The notes under the pieces are model-generated. The model was not told where the DNA came from, searched no databases, and saw nothing but the letters and a program-made list of their open reading frames with translations. DNA of 64,000 nt, from NCBI RefSeq assembly GCF_049554935.1, contig NZ_CP186926.1, positions 1,216,001 to 1,280,000 on the forward strand. Direction: 5' to 3'. The translations under genes and the position numbers were made by a program. Position 1 is the stretch's first letter, and the number at the start of each line of letters is the position of its first letter. Below, piece by piece: positions 60,399-64,000 of the stretch. The stretch is from Methanocaldococcus indicus. Its GTDB lineage: Archaea; AGJL01; Methanococci; Methanococcales; Methanocaldococcaceae.

Positions 60399-61166
60399 TT
60401 ATTCTTTTTCAAACTTAGATATTTCAAAAAGATTTATAGCACTTGTTGGACAAACTTCTGTACATTTTCCACAATATATACATTTATCTTTTAATATTTT
60501 TATCTTATTATCTAAATCTTGTTCTATTGCATTAACTGGACAAACTTCCATACATACAAAACAACCAACACATAAACTTTTATCAACTTCAATATCTTTA
60601 GTTTTTATTATCTCTCCTAAGTATCTCTCAACTTTAATTACTTTTCTTGGACATACTTCTTGACAAGCTCCACAGCCAATACACAAATCTAAATTAATAT
60701 TAAAACTCTTTCTTCTTTCAACTTTTATAGCTTTTGTAGGACAAAATCTTTCACATATTCCACATTTTACACATTTATCTAAATCAATATAATAGTTTTT
60801 TAATCTTACTACTCTATGTGGCACTTTCTTTTCATCAATTGTATATATTACTTTATCATTTTCAATCTTTCCTTCTCCTTCTATAACATAAATAGCATTT
60901 ACTGGACAACTTTGAGCACAAATTTCACATTTAACACAGTTTTCTTTTATTTTAGCAGGATTTTTAATTTTTGCTTTTTCTATTGCATTTATTGGGCAAG
61001 AGTAATAGCATAAATTACATCTAACACATTTGGATTCATTTATATATATTTCTTTATATTTTATTGGAGTTAGTTTATGAGCTATTTGAGATAGATATTC
61101 ATAGCTATAATTAAAATCTTCAAAATTTTCTAAAAATTCTTTTAAACTTTTTTCAATTCTAATCAA
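60399..61166 (-). CDS. Polyferredoxin (6 x [4Fe-4S])
   Basis: Six CxxCxxCxxxCP motifs; TTG start at 61166 after GGAGG. Confidence 0.9.
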   Translation of the reverse strand: MIRIEKSLKEFLENFEDFNYSYEYLSQIAHKLTPIKYKEIYINESKCVRCNLCYYSCPINAIEKAKIKNPAKIKENCVKCEICAQSCPVNAIYVIEGEGKIENDKVIYTIDEKKVPHRVVRLKNYYIDLDKCVKCGICERFCPTKAIKVERRKSFNINLDLCIGCGACQEVCPRKVIKVERYLGEIIKTKDIEVDKSLCVGCFVCMEVCPVNAIEQDLDNKIKILKDKCIYCGKCTEVCPTSAINLFEISKFEKE

Positions 61167-61286
61167 AATAATCCCTCCCAAGTATTAGATATTTTAAATT
61201 AGATATTTTAAAGTTGATATTATTATGTTATTTTATTGTATAATTATCATTATATTGTTTAATAAATTTTTATGTGGTGATATAAC

Positions 61287-62486
61287 TTGAAGGTTGGTAT
61301 TGTTGGATGTGGATTAGGAGGACTTTTAATAGGAGGTTTATTAGCAAAAGATGGTTTTTCAGTTAAAATCTATGAGCAACTTCCATTTATTGGAGGGAGA
61401 TTTACACATTTTGACTATGATGGATTTAAATTAACAACTGGAGCTTTACATATGATACCTCATGGAAGTAGAGGATACTTAGCAAATATTTTAAAAAAAG
61501 TTGGTGCAAATGTTAACATAGTTGATTCTAATCCAGATGGCACATTCTTAATAAATGGAAAGGAATATTTATATAATGAGTTATTCTCAATTCTAAATGC
61601 AAAAGATAAACTTAAAGCTATCAACTTAGCAACTAAATTAAAATTAAAGAATGTAAATAAAAATATATCTTTTGGAGAGTTTTTAGAAGATATAGATTTA
61701 GCTCTAAAAATTGGTAGGGCATTTACTGGATGGAGTTTATCTTTATCTCCTTATGATGTTCCTTTAAGTGAAATACTTAATATTATGGATAACTATCATA
61801 AGTTTGGAGGTCCAGGAATCCCAATAGGAGGCTGTAAGAAGGTTATTGATGAATTAGAAAGAATAATTTTAAACAGTGGAGGAGAGATAGTTAAAGAGTA
61901 TGAAGTTAAAAGTATTGAAATAGAGGAAGATAAAGGATATATAGATGATGAGGAGTTTGATATTGTTATAAGTAATATATCACCTCAAAAAACACAAGAA
62001 ATTTGTAATATTAAATTTTTGAATAAAGATGTTGAGCCTGCTGGAGGAATTAAAATAAATATTGCCACAAAAAAAGGAATTATTAAACATGGAGGTGTTC
62101 TATTTACTCCTGAATGTGAAAGAGTTAATGGACTAAATCAAGTCACAAATGTAGATAAATCCTTAGCTCCAGAAGGTTGGCATTTAGTAATGACACATCA
62201 AGCTCTACTTTCAAAAAATATCAAAAAAGAGATTGATTTAGGTTTAGAAGATATAGAAAGATTATTCAAAGATATTGACTATAAAATTTTACTAATACAA
62301 AGTTATTTTGATGGATGGCCAGTAAATTATGTTAAAAGTGGAATATCAATAAATAATATTATCAGTGACAGATTTTATTTAGTTGGAGATGGAGCTAAAC
62401 CTTCTGGAGGAATTGAAGTTGAAGGAATAGCAATGGGAGTGCTAAAAGTTTATAACCATATTGTGAAAAAATATGGCAAAAATTGA
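61287..62486 (+). CDS. FAD-dependent oxidoreductase (phytoene dehydrogenase-like)
   Basis: VGCGLGGL..G..LA, E...IGGR, TTGALHMIPHG, and C-terminal YLVGDG. Confidence 0.85.
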   Translation: MKVGIVGCGLGGLLIGGLLAKDGFSVKIYEQLPFIGGRFTHFDYDGFKLTTGALHMIPHGSRGYLANILKKVGANVNIVDSNPDGTFLINGKEYLYNELFSILNAKDKLKAINLATKLKLKNVNKNISFGEFLEDIDLALKIGRAFTGWSLSLSPYDVPLSEILNIMDNYHKFGGPGIPIGGCKKVIDELERIILNSGGEIVKEYEVKSIEIEEDKGYIDDEEFDIVISNISPQKTQEICNIKFLNKDVEPAGGIKINIATKKGIIKHGGVLFTPECERVNGLNQVTNVDKSLAPEGWHLVMTHQALLSKNIKKEIDLGLEDIERLFKDIDYKILLIQSYFDGWPVNYVKSGISINNIISDRFYLVGDGAKPSGGIEVEGIAMGVLKVYNHIVKKYGKN

Positions 62487-64000
62487 AGAATTTAAAGATT
62501 TTATTATAAATTATCTAAAAAATAAGTATTTGGAGGATATTATAAAGGAAAATGATATTGTAATGATTGATTTAAATGATATGTATAATTTTGGATTTAT
62601 GGAAGTTGTGGAAGAAATTATATACAATCCTGAATATGTGAAGTTATTAAAAGAATATTTTAAAGAGGCAATATACCTAACAAAAGGATACTATCCTGAG
62701 AATATATATATTGGTGTAAAAAATCTCCCAAAAATTTTTAAAACAATTAAAAATAGAGAGTTTAGGATTGAAGATATTAAGAGTAGATATGTTAGTAGAT
62801 TAATAGAATTTGAGGGAATAATAACTACTGCCACTAAAATAAAGCCAATATTAAAGACAGGTTTTTTTATATGTGAGAAATGTGGTAAAACATTTTATGA
62901 AGATATTGATTTATTTAGTGAGAAAAAAGTTATATGTTGTGGAGAGGAAGCTAAATTAATTGAAGAAAAATCTATTTTTGTAGATTTTCAAGAGCTAAAA
63001 ATTCAGCAGCCATTAGATTTGATGGATAATCCTGATGAGCCACCAAAATTTATAACTGTATTCTTAGAAGATAGTCCTGGAATTTATGCAGGAAGATTAA
63101 AAATTGTTGGTGTCCCAATAAAAGTAAAGAAAAGTAAAAAATTACCTATTTATGAAATATATATAAAAGCTTATGGTTATGAGTTATTGGAAGGAGAAAT
63201 AAAAATAAAACTTAAAGATAAAGATATAGAAAATATAAAAAAACTTTCAAAAAGGAAGGATATTATTGATATTTTATCAGATAGATTAATTCCAGAGATT
63301 AAAGGACATTCTGCTATAAAAAAAGCTGTTTTCTTACAACAAATTAAAGGTGTAAAGAAGCCTGGAAAAAGAGCAGATATACATATTTTATTAATAACTG
63401 ACCCAGGAATTGGAAAGACAGTTATTTTAAGAAAAATAGCTGAAATTCCAGGAAACATTTATGGTTCTGTTACTACTGCAACAGGAGTGGGATTAACTGC
63501 TGCTGTTGTGAAAGAGAGGACTGAATTAGGAGAAGATATGTGGGTAGTAAAACCTGGATTGTTGGTTAAAGCAAATAAAGGAACAGCATGTATTGATGAA
63601 CTAACTGTCAATAAAGACATTCAAAGTTATGTTTTAGAGGCTATGGAGAGTCAAACAATTCATATAAGCAAAGGAGGAATTAATGCAAAACTTCCAGCAG
63701 AATGTGCAATTTTAGCTGCATGTAATCCAAAATGGGGTAGATTTGACCCAGAAAAGAGTGTTGCCGAGCAGATAAATATACCAGCACCTCTATTAAGTAG
63801 GTTTGATTTAATTTTTCCTATAAAGGATGAGTCAGATAAAGATAAAGATAAAAAAATAGCAGAGTATATTGTAGATTTGCATAGAGCATATTTAGATGAA
63901 GTAATCAATAGAAAGATAGGTTTAGATTATATAGAAGTGGATGGAGTAAAAGTAGATAAAGATTTTATTATAAAATATATTTTCTATGCAAGAGAAAAAA
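62473..64000 (+). CDS. mcm: MCM replicative helicase (3' end runs off the window)
   Basis: Not in the ORF track because it is truncated. ATG 62473 MAKIEEF; Zn finger CEKC..CC, DFQELKIQQP, IHILLITDPGIGKT, TGVGLTAAV, ACIDEL, EAMESQTIHISKGGI, AACNPKWGRF, LLSRFDL. Confidence 0.95.
   Translation, partial: MAKIEEFKDFIINYLKNKYLEDIIKENDIVMIDLNDMYNFGFMEVVEEIIYNPEYVKLLKEYFKEAIYLTKGYYPENIYIGVKNLPKIFKTIKNREFRIEDIKSRYVSRLIEFEGIITTATKIKPILKTGFFICEKCGKTFYEDIDLFSEKKVICCGEEAKLIEEKSIFVDFQELKIQQPLDLMDNPDEPPKFITVFLEDSPGIYAGRLKIVGVPIKVKKSKKLPIYEIYIKAYGYELLEGEIKIKLKDKDIENIKKLSKRKDIIDILSDRLIPEIKGHSAIKKAVFLQQIKGVKKPGKRADIHILLITDPGIGKTVILRKIAEIPGNIYGSVTTATGVGLTAAVVKERTELGEDMWVVKPGLLVKANKGTACIDELTVNKDIQSYVLEAMESQTIHISKGGINAKLPAECAILAACNPKWGRFDPEKSVAEQINIPAPLLSRFDLIFPIKDESDKDKDKKIAEYIVDLHRAYLDEVINRKIGLDYIEVDGVKVDKDFIIKYIFYAREK

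Noticed and set aside
61185-61212. 14-bp tandem repeat TTAGATATTTTAAA twice in a divergent intergenic region
   Set aside because: Short and AT-rich; could be a slippage product or a regulator site, but there is no supporting evidence.

Overview
A very AT-rich, CpG-poor archaeal chromosomal segment, almost certainly from a hyperthermophilic Methanocaldococcus-like methanogen. This rests on methanogenesis marker protein 3, an Ehb hydrogenase membrane cluster, tRNA-Sec, an intron-containing tRNA-Met and MJ-type ATPases. Most of the window is housekeeping: cobN (partial), ehbE-F-G-H/I, leuC, serA, pyrC, trmY, map, asnB, cobY, dapF, hisC, ABCE1, ribL, surE, an Fe/cobalamin-type ABC transporter, leuS, sua5, elp3 and mcm (partial). 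The accessory signals are: (1) a 424-bp decayed IS/MITE with 17-bp terminal inverted repeats, an 11-bp target duplication and a transposase remnant; (2) a HEPN-MNT toxin-antitoxin pair whose HEPN carries one in-frame TAA and which is flanked by a 21-bp direct repeat; (3) two MJ-type (STAND-related) ATPase paralogs, one broken exactly at an A_AAA_AAG slippery heptamer and one followed by a GC hairpin and an orphan alternative C-terminus; (4) a dapF that appears to start at ATA; (5) a 2520-aa mosaic surface protein with recent internal duplications, atypical CpG content, a duplicated TATA promoter and an S-layer-type C-terminal domain shared with a second secreted protein. No CRISPR array, rRNA, integrase or intact transposase was seen. 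All assignments come from reading motifs by eye; no searches were run.
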